From Guillardia theta CCMP2712 (Eukaryota; Protista; Cryptophyta): a stretch of 51,427 bases of DNA. Position numbers and translations under genes: made by a program. The stretch is from positions 7,098 through 58,524 of the forward strand of contig NW_005434598.1 in the NCBI RefSeq assembly GCF_000315625.1, given 5' to 3'. The first letter of the stretch is position 1. Each line of letters starts with the position of its first letter. Shown here piece by piece: positions 40,901-51,427 of the stretch. Below the pieces are notes generated by a model that made no database searches, was not told the origin of the DNA, and saw only the letters and a list, made by a program, of their open reading frames with translations.

Positions 40901-41172
40901 GTTCGCGTTGACTTGTGTTGTAGTCAAGGTCGGGAGATTGTTTATCATACTTGTCGGCTGTTTACAAGTAGTCAAAATCCTTGACGTCAAATGACGCGCA
41001 GCGAAGCTCATGTTAGCTGCCGCGTTCGCTGGTCATTCCAGAACGCATTTTTCATGCAAGAGTGTAGCAGTATCGGTGTTGTAATATTCTTGTATCTAAC
41101 GCTAAAATTGTACTGTCGTCTTCAAACGAAAATACATACATAGGATTTCTTTCCAACATCGCTCACCTCTTT

Positions 41173-43494
41173 TCAAGAGCCGGATGGTTTCAAAGGCGCA
41201 AAGGAAAGTCTGTGTAGTGGACATGGTCCGCTCTGTTGAGATTCAGTGAGCTTTCTGTATTCTGAGGAAAGAAAACCTTGTTGATCGCCTCCATGTGCTC
41301 TTGGGTTCCATACCCTTCATCTCGTTGAGACTTACACCATCAACAATATGGCAGACCTTTGTTCTTGAGGAAATTGTACTCGGGCCATTTCTGTGAGATG
41401 TGAGAAAGGAGCTGAGGATAGGAGTGCAAACGATGGGACGACCTCGTGGGCATCGTTCATGAAGCGATCACGAGTGACTTTGGCGATGATACTTGCTGCA
41501 CGCAAAGAAGCGAGTGAGGGGAGGCGATGAGAGTAACTTCTACCTGCTGCGATGTTGCAGCACAACCCATCTCCCTTGACGATGGGCTCGGCAGGTACCT
41601 TGAGCTTTCAGCGTCACCTAGCAACAGATCGCGGTACCTTCAAGGCCTTGGGCACTCGATTTCCGTCTACAACCACATGAGATGAGACAGAGGATGTCAA
41701 ACTCGTACCGACGAGGATGAATGACGGCTGCTGAGAGAGCTTTGAAACGGCGCTGACCTGCGGGGAGTGAGGGAGGGGTTGCAGCGGTACAAGAGACCAT
41801 AGCTGCTTCCGCGCATGCTGCAGGCATGTCAGCGACCCTCGTTCGGAACCCCAGGAAACATTCTACCTAGAATGTTGCCAGCATCGATGTCTCTGTTGGA
41901 CCTGACGGGCGAGTCACGTGAAGGTCAAACTTCAATCCTCTGCTCACTTGAACTCGACAGCCCACACAACGCGAGGATCTTGGGTGAGCTTCTCAAAAAC
42001 TTCCTGCCAGCACAGTCAAAATCTACCGGCCCCAGCTCGCCCCCACCTCTCGCTGCCTCTCGCTCAGCTTCTTGCTGTCGTCCAGCTGCTAGGCAGTCTC
42101 ATGGAGAGTCTGAGCTGTGATGACTGACCTGATCCAGGTACTCGAGAGCCTCGCCATCCACACCTACCTCGCCTTGAGCTGGAGGAGACACACCGCAGAG
42201 AAGGGAGGGAGAGGTGAAGGAGAATCGAGTTAGGAAGGAAGGTTAAGGGCGAAAGTGGAGCGAAGGGGAGGAAACAGATAGGGCAACACGAGCGTCAAAA
42301 TTTGAGCCAGGGGGGGGGGGGAGGAAGGAGGGCAGGGCAAGGAGAAATGGAGGGGGGAGGGGCTGGAACAGGGAGGGAAGGAGAAGAAATTGTAGGAACC
42401 TTCCCGAGGAAGGATGACGGCAGCAGCGACCACAGGGCCTACGCGAAGCATGAGGAGGAAGCATTGGAAGCTTCAGCTTGCTTCACCAGCCAAGGGCCCG
42501 CGTCCAACCTCGTCTACTCCAGCTACCTTGTCGTACCCTTCGCTCCACAGCTCCCTTGCGAGCTAGCGTCAGAGTCCGACGCCTCATGCCATGCTCCCTC
42601 ACTCCTCTCGCGCTCTCGTCGGCCCCTGCCTTCTCCTTCTCTTGGGCTTGCTGCCTTCACTGCCCTTGGCCTCCTGCCCAGTAAGCCTAGCGAGGAGCTC
42701 TGCCTTCTTCCCACTCACTGCCGCTGCCTGTAAGGTTGGAGGACAAAAAAGTCGAGGACGGTTGCCTGCTAGGCCTCTTGCTCTCAGCAGCTCCTTGAGC
42801 TCTGAAACCTTGAGGTCATCGAGAGCTGCTGGCAGTTGGGTTTCTTCTGTTTCCGAGCAATTGGACGGGAGGCCTTGGCCTCCGTCGGTTGCCGGGGCTG
42901 TAGAAGCATCATGAGAGCCTGAGGCGATGAGTGTGAGCAATCAGGCATGCATGAACAAGCGATGGAGCCTGTAGACGAACAACTGCAAAGTGAAGCTCTT
43001 ACCGTCCGGAACGAGCGACTTGACTGGTTCACTCGGGTCGTTTGTTGGGGACACATTGTCGTTCTGTAAGGAGTTATGCTTCACACAATCACATGTTAGA
43101 ACATGTCACGCTGCTATGAAACGATCGAAGGGTTGCTTGAGATCGCTCGAAAGTTGGAGTTTTCTGAGCACTTCATAAGAATTCAACAACAACGGGTCTT
43201 CCTTACAGTCAATCGTTTTTTACTCGTCTTGCTGCCTGAAATCTTCTTGGGTCCTTCAGATAAGGGAACAAAGCACATCACAGATCCAGCATGACTCCAC
43301 GGCATAGGCGACGACCGAAGGAGATCAGAAGTGGAAAGAGCTACCGCCGCCCTCCTCGACGAGAGTAGAGAGCTGCTAGCCACCTGCCCCTTTCCGTGCC
43401 AACATGCAAACGAAAGTTGCGGCAGGAGGCTGTCAAAGGCGACAGACCTTGCTAGCATTGACCCAACACAAACGTAACTGAGTAGCCCAAGCAT
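41173..43494 (-). CDS. rnhB: Ribonuclease HII with N-terminal SAP domain and plastid-type bipartite leader
   Basis: GVDEVGRGPLAG/PVVAAAVILP, IAAASIIAKVTRDRFM, NKGYGT, GPCPLHRLSF. SAP: LDDLKVSELKELLRARGL..VSGKKAELLARL. Leader MLGLLSYVCVGSMLARSVA-F followed by a Ser-rich stretch. Confidence 0.88.
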
Positions 43495-43689
43495 GAAAAT
43501 GTTCGTCGAGATCGATCGGATGATATCGAACAACGATGAAAGAGAGCAGGTGAGTCAAGCAGACTGCTAGCCTGTCTCCTCCTCCTCCTCGTCCTCCTCC
43601 ACTACCACCACCTCCTCCTCAAAGCTTCTTGATCAGCTTGTTTTCATTCCTCCATTCGCTCAACTACTGGGCATTTTCAATTGCAGGAA

Positions 43690-43880
43690 TCCTGTTCTCG
43701 GATGAGCGGGGGGTCCTTTTCCTGGGCCAAATTGGTGTATCGGGGGTAGGGTGGTAGACTCAATGCGACCAAAGGAATGCAGCAGGCATGCAGGAGGAGG
43801 AGGAGGAGGAGGAGGAGGAACGATGAGTTCACTCGGGCAAACGACTCGGTGAAACCATTGCGATAATCCCATTAAGACTC
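43690..43880. other. Short GGGGT-type tract plus (GGA)n in a divergent gap
   Basis: gcggggggtcc, cgggggtagggtggtag, and (gga)n at 43792-43819. Confidence 0.45.
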
Positions 43881-43950
43881 CATCACCGGCATGAATCGAC
43901 AAATTCTTACTTCGCTTGTGTGGATAGTGAGCTGATTCCAGAGCTCCATC

Positions 43951-46820
43951 ATGTCAAACACTTGCCTTGTTCCCCTCCTAGTGCTCACTCTGTCGACCGC
44001 TTGTCACTTGGAACCGTTGACCAGCATCGTCAAATTCTCGTCATCATGCAGACATGTCTCGTCTGACGGGAGGACGACCCGCTTGGTCCTTCATCTGCGA
44101 GGAGGGAGGCGAGGAGGGAGGCGAGGCAAGGAGAAGGCGGCGGACAAGAGCCAGAGGTCGAAGGCAAAGGGCATGCTTGGCCTACAAGACTTGCTGGGCC
44201 TCAAGCACCGACCTGGTGCGGGAAAGAAGCAGAAGAAGGAGAAGAAGAACAGAGATGAAGACAAGACAGCAGACAACTCCAGGAACGCTACCCAGACAGA
44301 CATGGAGAAAGGGTTCATGGACCTCGAGGATCTGACTACAAACTCCGACTGTGACAAAGCCCCAGAAGAGAAGAAGCTGGCGAAGCAAGTAGCTGCCCTT
44401 GAGGCCTACTTTGACCTTGCCGAGGGCGAGCTCATGGCGAATGAGACCAAGACGGAGCAGGAAGTGGAGGAGTCGTTCTCTTCAGACGACAACATCATCG
44501 ACGAGGACGAAGTAGCGCATGCAGACGTCAGGTTTCGACGGGAGGGGCATGACCCGAACCCTCCTGATGATCCAGATCCCATGTTTGCCAAGTTCAAGAA
44601 GTACTACATTCCCTTCCCCGAGAACAACTCCATCGTCGCACAGCAAAACGGTATCGTCTGTCGGGTGGAAACACACCCGAGATCCGTCTTAGACGTCCAT
44701 GTTCCGTGGTACGAGCCAGATGTCCATTACAAGCTCTCTTTGGAGGAGGAGAAGAAGAAGAAAACGACGAGGGTGAGGGTCAGCGACGTTTCTCCCGAAA
44801 GCTCAGTAGAGAAGGTGTGGGAGCTCGTTAGCAAAACTTTTCTTTCCACCCAGAAGGCGTCACAACCGTTGGAAGTGATTGTGTTCCCCGACCGTAGAAT
44901 GATAGATTTCATTGTGAACTCCGACAGCCTCAATCTGACCCGTTCTAGCCGTTCCATCAAGATCGGAAGACAGATGGCGTCTGTATGGTTCGAAGCTGAT
45001 CACAAGGAACGCGATGTAGAACATAACCAGACTGGACGCCCTCCAAAGTTGAAACAGGAGAAGCAGGAAGAGGAGAAGCCCAAGCTGCGCTGTAATGATT
45101 GCGATCAGGTTCTGGTTTTCAATCTTCTTTTCAACTATCAGAAGCCAATCAAGAAACTTTTCGATAGCTGCGGTGTGATAACTTCTATCAAGTTCAAGTA
45201 TGTCGACGAAGTTCGCAAGTATGTTGCAAGAATCACTTTCGACAAGAAGGAGAGCCGGTGCAAAGAGCCGAGAACCTCACAGGCTCTATCATGTACGGAT
45301 GTGTGCTCAAAGTTGAGAGAACCGACGACAAGAGTGTAAAGACAAGCATCAAAGACGCTCATCTCAAGTGCAACGCATTGATTCCTACTGACAAGGACGG
45401 CTTTCCGATCTACCAGATCAACCCCCGGGTAGTCGACAACTTCACCAAGGTCGACAGGAACTTTAACTTCTCTCGACTCTCTCACGCGCAAATGGAGAAG
45501 ATCATACCTGGCAGCTCCTACAACTTTGACACTCGGCTGTGCGGGGGCGACTGGTACAGCCCGCCCGGGACTATGGACCTGAATGATGGCGACATAGAGC
45601 GAGGCATGATTGCGGCAATGACCTACCAGACGACTCATAAGGTATAACCCTCTGTCTCTCCTCCCTCCCTTCCCCTCCCCCTCCCTCCCCTCCCTCCCCT
45701 CCCTCCCCTCCCTCCCCTTCCCGATCTCTTCATCACCGATCAGTTCCTTGCAGATTGCGGTCCGCGGGTGCCCTGCCACTGGGCGATAAAGTAATATCCG
45801 AGTAGGTGCTGGCAGTTGCAAGTGGGGTGAATGTTTGGAAGCTTCCTCGATATCCTCAGGCTCCCTACTTACGAGGGAGGAAAGGCTCGACAAAGAGAGG
45901 CTGTCCACTTTGTGGAAGATCCTCCCTTCGGCTACGCGGGGTATCAGNNNNNNNNNNNNNNNNNNNNNNNNNNNNNNNNNNNNNNNNNNNNNNNNNNNNN
46001 NNNNNNNNNNNNNNNNNNNNNNNNNNNNNNNNNNNNNNNNNNNNNNNTCAGGTGGCATGTGGCCGGTCGTGAGAGCCTGTCAACCGTGTGACAGCCCCTT
46101 TGGGCCGATTTACAAGTCTGAGGCTTCGGATCAGGTTGAGCCGAAGAAGGAAAAGCTGAACAAGCGCGGATGAGGAGGAGGAGGAGGAGGAGGAGGAGGA
46201 GGAGGAGGAGGAGGAGGGAGTATCTGAGGTTGGAGCAGGCAAGAGCATGGAGTCGTTCCGATGGAGAATTACGATTCTGACGTAAAGAAGGAGAGCTACG
46301 TGGGGACTGGAGATTTTTATTCGATCCCGACGCATCAGTACGTGTTGAAGCTCGCCGAGCAGGTTCTTGAGGACCCTTCAGCTGAGCGGGAGGTGGGGGA
46401 GCTGACGAGGGAGCAGGAAACGAAGATCATGACGGAGGAGCAGTACCGGCACGTCCCTCGCCTCCCTCCCCTCTGGCACGGAGTCGTTAGCCCATCCACG
46501 GTGGAGCCCAAAGACTTCCGTTTCAACGAGCAAACAGCTGAGGTGCCCCGCTCTCCCCCTAACCTCCTCCCTCTTTCTCTTCCTCTCTCTCTCTCCTTCT
46601 CTCTTTCCTCCCTCTCTTCTTCCCTCCTTCCCTTCCCTCCTCTCTCCCTTCCTCCCTCCTCCCCTTCTCTCCTCCTCCCTCCTCCCCATCCCTCCTCCCT
46701 CTCTTCCTCCCTCCTCCCCTTCTCTCCTCCTCTCTCTCATTCCCTGAGCTCCTGTAGATGGAGATGTCCTGGGACCCGACCAGACGAGCCTTCCTTGACC
46801 AGCATATCGAGCCTGAGTAA
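43951..46820 (+). CDS. Leader + LVLHLRGG protein with Lys-rich segment and RRM-like domain(s); apparent frameshift at about 45256; spans the assembly gap
   Basis: 462-aa ORF with a hydrophobic N-terminus. The RRM-like VLVFNL...IKKLFDSCGVITSIKF...ARITFD continues in another frame as VQRAENLTGSIMYGCVLKVE. Confidence 0.6.
45948..46047. other. Assembly gap (100 N)
   Basis: Run of N. Confidence 1.
46172..46216. repeat. (GAG)n trinucleotide microsatellite
   Basis: Seen directly. Confidence 0.9.
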
Positions 46821-46896
46821 AGCTGCTCCCCACCTGCTGGACAAGTAGCGGTCCTCAAACCGTCCACACCTGCTCCTCCCCCGCCTTGCTCGACTC

Positions 46897-48317
46897 TTAA
46901 CGACCCGACTTTCTCCTTCGAGCAGATTGTCGCTTGAAGGACCTTTTGAGAGGGACCTTTCCTCGCGTCCCGGTCCTCTTGACGTCTCCTTTCTCGTAGC
47001 CCGGCTTCAATCCTCTCTTGCGCTTCTTCACATTGAAGTTCTGCATGCACACTTCACAAGCATTCGGGGACAAGCTCTCGCCTTCACCTTGATCTCCCTC
47101 ATTCGCCTTCTCTTCTCTCTCTTCTTCTTGTCTTGCAGCTTCTGCTCATCGAGTGTTAGTGAGAAGCGACAAGGAGGGGGGGAGGCCAAGGCAGGGCAGC
47201 GCCAGGAGTAGGAAAGGGCGATGATGGTGGTGAAGGAGGAAGAGGAGGGAGGGGGTTGGGAGAGGTAAGGTGTGTGCGTTTGTGGAAGGTTGCAACAAGA
47301 TCTTACCCGAAGGGTCTCCTCGATGGGGATGGGCTTGCCGTCTGGTCCGATCTCATGCAGTTTTGCTCGTTTCAATCTCATCTGAGCAGCAAGTCAAACT
47401 CGGTCTCATCGTTAGAGTCTGACCGTCTCCATGCGCTCTGCTCGCGTCTTCTTCCTCTTCTTGATCCCCTTGGCCTGTGCGAATCGCTCCCACTTGGTCT
47501 GCAGCAGCGTGAGGGGAGGCTAGCACACAGGCAGGAAGCACCTGCTTCTTCTTGACAATCTCGTAGACACTGGGGAGAAGCTCCTTGGGTTTCGGAAGGC
47601 TAACATGCAGCTGCATGCTCGATCAACAGATGTAAGCTTGATGGCCGGAAACAGTTACCTGCGTTTCGTTGTTCTTTAGGTGCTCAACAACAGGAGGAAG
47701 AGATTGGAGGTGCTGAACAAGCACATTGATTGCATTCTGATTGAATTAACGCATAACTTGACCTCATATCACACCTCAAACCTCACCTTTGCTTTGCTCT
47801 CCAGCAGCTGCTCGTACTGCTCAACGTTCTCTTGGGGATATTCCCCCAATTCTGTCCAAGGATCAAAGACACAGAGGTTCCTCGGATCTATCTGAAGTTT
47901 CTGATGCTCAACCTCGACAACAGCTTTCTCCATCTTGTCTTTGAACACCTTGTCCAGTGCCGTGGAACGTTTCTGCGATACTCTCGAAAGCTTTCTATGG
48001 CGTTTGCTCGCCAGGTCGGAAGAGCTTTCGGATCCCTGCTCGTCCTCGAACACTGTCATGTGCTTGTAGCTTCGCTTCTTCATCTTCACTGCTATTGGTT
48101 TCCCAACCTCCTCAGAGTCTGATGCCTCTCTCTTCCCTCCACGAAGGTGGGGCAGGTCTGGAACCAGGTAGCGACGATGCAGCAGCATGGCAGACCCTCG
48201 CGGCCTCAGGGGCTGACAGCCATGCAGGCGAGAAGAAGACGTCAGACCAATGAAGGCGAAGCATGCCATGAGCATGGCATGCATGATTTCTTTGTTCATG
48301 CACTTGATCGCCTTCAT
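46897..48317 (-). CDS. Hypothetical highly basic protein with hydrophobic leader + HLRGG, multi-exon
   Basis: MHAMLMACFAFIGLTSS...PHLRGGKR, K/R clusters (KMKKR, KKKREKRRR), and a last exon NFNVKKRKRG...RRRKSGR*. Confidence 0.6.
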
Positions 48318-48856
48318 GTCAGGAGCAACAGGCAGTCCCTGCTTCCTTCAGCACGTGCTTGTGTCTGCATGCGGATCATCCCCCCCCCCCACTCTTATGC
48401 CGACATTCTTGCGTCTGAACATGCTGCCTCTCCTCCCCTCCTTCTCTCTCCTCTCTCTCTCCCCCTCCTCTCCTCCCCAGCATCCCCACCCTCCGGTCGC
48501 ATCGCAGGCATGGCGGCCAAGAGGGTGACCTGTGAGCTTGCCTCAGGACTCCTCCCGTACCTAACGTGTCTCGACCCGGCTTTTCCCAAGTTCCCTGACT
48601 ATCCTCTTCACTTCCCCTCCTGCCCCCCCTCGTCCTCCCCCCTTGTCCTCCCCTCCACCCTCCTCCTCCCTCCTCCTCCCTCCTCTCCCGGATCTACCTC
48701 TGTCCTCTCCTTCCACCACCACCTCCCTCTCCGTTCCTTCCCTCCTCCTTCCAACCTCTTCACCCCCTCCTCTCCTCCCTTGCCCTTTCGACGTCCTCCC
48801 TGCCGTGCTTGTTTCGTCTCCAGGTGATATGATCGCTGTGAGAGAGAAATGCATCG

Positions 48857-51271
48857 ATGTGGACGCGCATGCCCTCCTCGGACGCGCATGAGATAGAGCT
48901 CGAGCCATTCATCTCCCCTCCTGCCGCGTCTCCTCGTCAAACCTCGTCTGAGTTGACCTCTATGTCTCACTTCCCTGCTTTCCCGTCTGTTCGCGCCTCA
49001 CTGCGCAACAGCATCGATCCCCTGCGGGGTTCCCATGCACAACACCTGCAACATGAAGCTGCTGCAAGCCTTACCGACATTGAGGACCACAATGTCCTCG
49101 GAGTGAACAAGTTGGACCCGCACACCCCTCTCGCATGCTACGACGCTATAGAGTCTGTCTACGAGGAGCCGATGGAGAGAGGCTACGTGGACGGCAAGTG
49201 CAGGCGCCTCCTCTCGGGAGAGGGCAAGAGGTGGAGGTTCAAACTGTTCCCCAGCCTGCAAGACCTTCCGCATGTACACAAGTCGTCAGGGTTCGACGGC
49301 TCAGACTCGTGGGTGGACATTGCGGTGCCTTGCAGTGTTGAGTTTGCAGGCCACGGGCAGCCCCTGTACACCAACTTCATCTACCCCTTCCACTGCGACC
49401 CGCCCAAGATCCCTCGCAGCATCAACTATGCCTCCTGCTATCAAACTTCCTTTTCGATCCCGTCCTCTTGGTCGGGGAGGAGGATCATAATGTGCTTCGA
49501 GGGGGTCGCGTCCTCGTTCCACTGCTGGCTCAACGGAGAGTTCGTGGGATACTCGCAAGACTCCTTCCTCCCCGCAGAGTTTGACGTCACTCGTTTCGTC
49601 TCCTATGAGAGTGTGAAGGAGGCAGGGGGAGAGGGAGAGCAGGAGGGGGCATGTATGCAGGTCCTGTCTGTACAGGTGTACAGGTTCTGTGATGGGAGCT
49701 ACATGGAGAGCCAAGACATGTGGCTGCTCAGTGGGATTCAGCGAGACGTGGTGGTTTACAGCAAGAGCCAGGAGGCCTGCGTGTGGGACTACTTCCTCCT
49801 CTCCGACTTCGACCCCTCCACCAGATCGGCTCGCGTCACCCTCGACGTTGAGATCAGGAGGGACTGGGCAGACGGACTTGCTGCCCTGCAGGGAGCGAGG
49901 AGGGAGGAGGAGAGAGGAGAGGAGGAATTGTCGCTAGAGATTATCCTCCAAGGCCCCAATAGGCTCGACGAGGACGGTCAGTTCGACCTGAAGCGCTCGG
50001 ACCCTGTGGTGTACAGCAAGCGGCTGGAGGTAGGGAACGGGAGCAAGGAGATTGTGTGCGAGGGGAACCTGCTATTCTCTTCCTCCTCCTGCAAGGAAGT
50101 TTTCCATGTTGAGAACGCTTCCCCTTGGTCGCCCGAGAGCCCCGAGCTGTACACCCTGATCCTAGTGCTGCGAAGGAAGGATGAGGTGGTGGACGTGGAG
50201 GCGACGAGGGTTGGGATGCGAACGATTCAGATCAAGGATGGAGTGCTGCAAGTCAACGACGTGCCAGTGGAGGTGAGGGGAGTGAACAGACACGAGCACG
50301 ATGACAGGAAGGGAAAGTACTGCAGCCGCGAGTTGATGGTGGAGGATCTCAAGTTGATGAAGCAGCTGAACATGAACGCGGTCAGAACGAGCCACTACCC
50401 CAACTGCATCCTCTTCTACAAGCTCTGCGACGCTTACGGGCTGTGGGTGTGCGATGAGGCAAACATCGAGACTCACGGGCTGGTGGCTGAGAACAGCGAG
50501 GAGAGGCTGACGCAGGACGCGAGCTGGGAGGAAGCGTTCATGCAGAGGCTGACGAGGATGGTCATCAGGGATCGCAACAGGCCCTGTGTCCTCGTCTGGT
50601 CTCTTGGCAACGAGTCCTCCTACGGTCGAAACCACATCGCCATGGCCGCGTGGCTGAGAGAACATGAGCGGTCGCGTCCTGTGCAGTACGAGGGTTGCGG
50701 AGGAGCAGCGAGCACGGACATCATCTGCCCGATGTATCCGAGCCCGCAGCAGCTCGCCCGGCTGACAAGACTGGAGGAGCAGAATAGGAGAAGCACGGAG
50801 CTCGGACATCGGTGGCCGCAGGGGACGGCGAGGGGGCTGCGGCCAGTAATCATGTGCGAGTACGCGCACGCGATGAACAACTCGCTGGGGAACTTCGACG
50901 AGTTCTGGGAGACGATCCGGTCCGAGCGAGTGCTGCAAGGAGGGTTCATATGGGACTGGACGGATCAGGGAATGAGGAAGGAGACGGAGGACGGAAGGAC
51001 GTGCTGGGTGTATGGCGGGTTCCACGATGAAGACGTTCATGATGCTCAGTGGAACATCAACGGGCTCACGTGGCCGGACAGGAGACTCCATCCTTCCGCC
51101 TTGCAGGCTAAGAAAGTTTTGGCTCCCCTCGTGATCCGGACGGAGGTGGAGGAGGGAGGAAGAGGGCAGGAGACGATCCTCGTCTTGCTCTCCTTCCGCA
51201 ACCTCTTCAACTTCCTCGACCTTGCGGCCTTCGAGTGGCGCTGGAGCCTCCGGGTGAGCCTCGAGCTGTAG
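48857..51271 (+). CDS. lacZ: Glycoside hydrolase family 2 beta-galactosidase (LacZ-like), probably continuing past the window after an intron at about 51254
   Basis: PLYTN..YPF, FEGVASS, GYSQDS..PAEFD, SQDMWLLSGIQRDV, GVNRHEHD, NAVRTSHYP, DEANIETHG, acid/base WSLGNES, DIICPMY, nucleophile CEYAHAM, QGGFIWDW. Confidence 0.93.
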   Translation: MWTRMPSSDAHEIELEPFISPPAASPRQTSSELTSMSHFPAFPSVRASLRNSIDPLRGSHAQHLQHEAAASLTDIEDHNVLGVNKLDPHTPLACYDAIESVYEEPMERGYVDGKCRRLLSGEGKRWRFKLFPSLQDLPHVHKSSGFDGSDSWVDIAVPCSVEFAGHGQPLYTNFIYPFHCDPPKIPRSINYASCYQTSFSIPSSWSGRRIIMCFEGVASSFHCWLNGEFVGYSQDSFLPAEFDVTRFVSYESVKEAGGEGEQEGACMQVLSVQVYRFCDGSYMESQDMWLLSGIQRDVVVYSKSQEACVWDYFLLSDFDPSTRSARVTLDVEIRRDWADGLAALQGARREEERGEEELSLEIILQGPNRLDEDGQFDLKRSDPVVYSKRLEVGNGSKEIVCEGNLLFSSSSCKEVFHVENASPWSPESPELYTLILVLRRKDEVVDVEATRVGMRTIQIKDGVLQVNDVPVEVRGVNRHEHDDRKGKYCSRELMVEDLKLMKQLNMNAVRTSHYPNCILFYKLCDAYGLWVCDEANIETHGLVAENSEERLTQDASWEEAFMQRLTRMVIRDRNRPCVLVWSLGNESSYGRNHIAMAAWLREHERSRPVQYEGCGGAASTDIICPMYPSPQQLARLTRLEEQNRRSTELGHRWPQGTARGLRPVIMCEYAHAMNNSLGNFDEFWETIRSERVLQGGFIWDWTDQGMRKETEDGRTCWVYGGFHDEDVHDAQWNINGLTWPDRRLHPSALQAKKVLAPLVIRTEVEEGGRGQETILVLLSFRNLFNFLDLAAFEWRWSLRVSLEL

Positions 51272-51427
51272 AGTTGTTTGGAGGAGGAGGAGGGGGAGGG
51301 GGGGGGGGGGGAGGGGGAAGGAGGGTGGGTGGAAGGAGGGAAGGAGGGAAAGGAGGGAAAGGAGGGAGGGTGGGGGGGGGGGGGAGGGAGGGGAAGGGAG
51401 GGGGAGGGGGAGGAGGGAGGCGAAGGG

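Noticed and set aside
43951-44106. Ubiquitin fusion protein
   Set aside because: Only the last few residues resemble ubiquitin. The preceding residues are a signal-like peptide and too short for a beta-grasp domain.
50162-51091. 309-aa antisense ORF and similar antisense ORFs over TRPV, RecQ and LysM
   Set aside because: Shadow ORFs of GC-rich coding exons, with no recognisable motifs.

Overview
Gene-dense, intron-rich eukaryotic nuclear DNA. Most introns are about 40-55 nt GT-AG, and there is one 100-N gap. Several genes have signal peptide + transit-like bipartite leaders, which suggests an alga with a complex red-type plastid, probably a cryptophyte such as Guillardia theta (inference, not verified). 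About 18 genes can be read: MiaB/CDK5RAP1, an RRM-RRM...ankyrin protein, a hypothetical protein, a 5-phosphatase + SAC1 fusion in reversed synaptojanin order, a type II membrane collagen-like protein, a METTL21-like methyltransferase, ARL1, a TRPV-like channel, a membrane protein, adenylate kinase(-SPRY), N-myristoyltransferase, RecQ, a secreted LysM protein, an RGG protein, SAP-RNase HII, two leader-bearing basic/RRM proteins, and a GH2 beta-galactosidase. Two recurring patterns stand out. (1) Five unrelated genes carry a hydrophobic leader followed, ending at residues about 47-61, by a ubiquitin-C-terminus mimic (LRLRGG, LHLRGG, LLLRGG, HLRGG, NLRGG) with no ubiquitin domain. This is a candidate deubiquitinase-type processing signal for proteins imported into the endosymbiont compartments. 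(2) Two classes of non-coding element, a GC-rich micro-palindrome mosaic and a GGGGT/ACCCC-skewed tract, sit only in gaps upstream of genes and were not seen in convergent gaps. Exon boundaries were read by eye, so gene ends are approximate unless stated otherwise.
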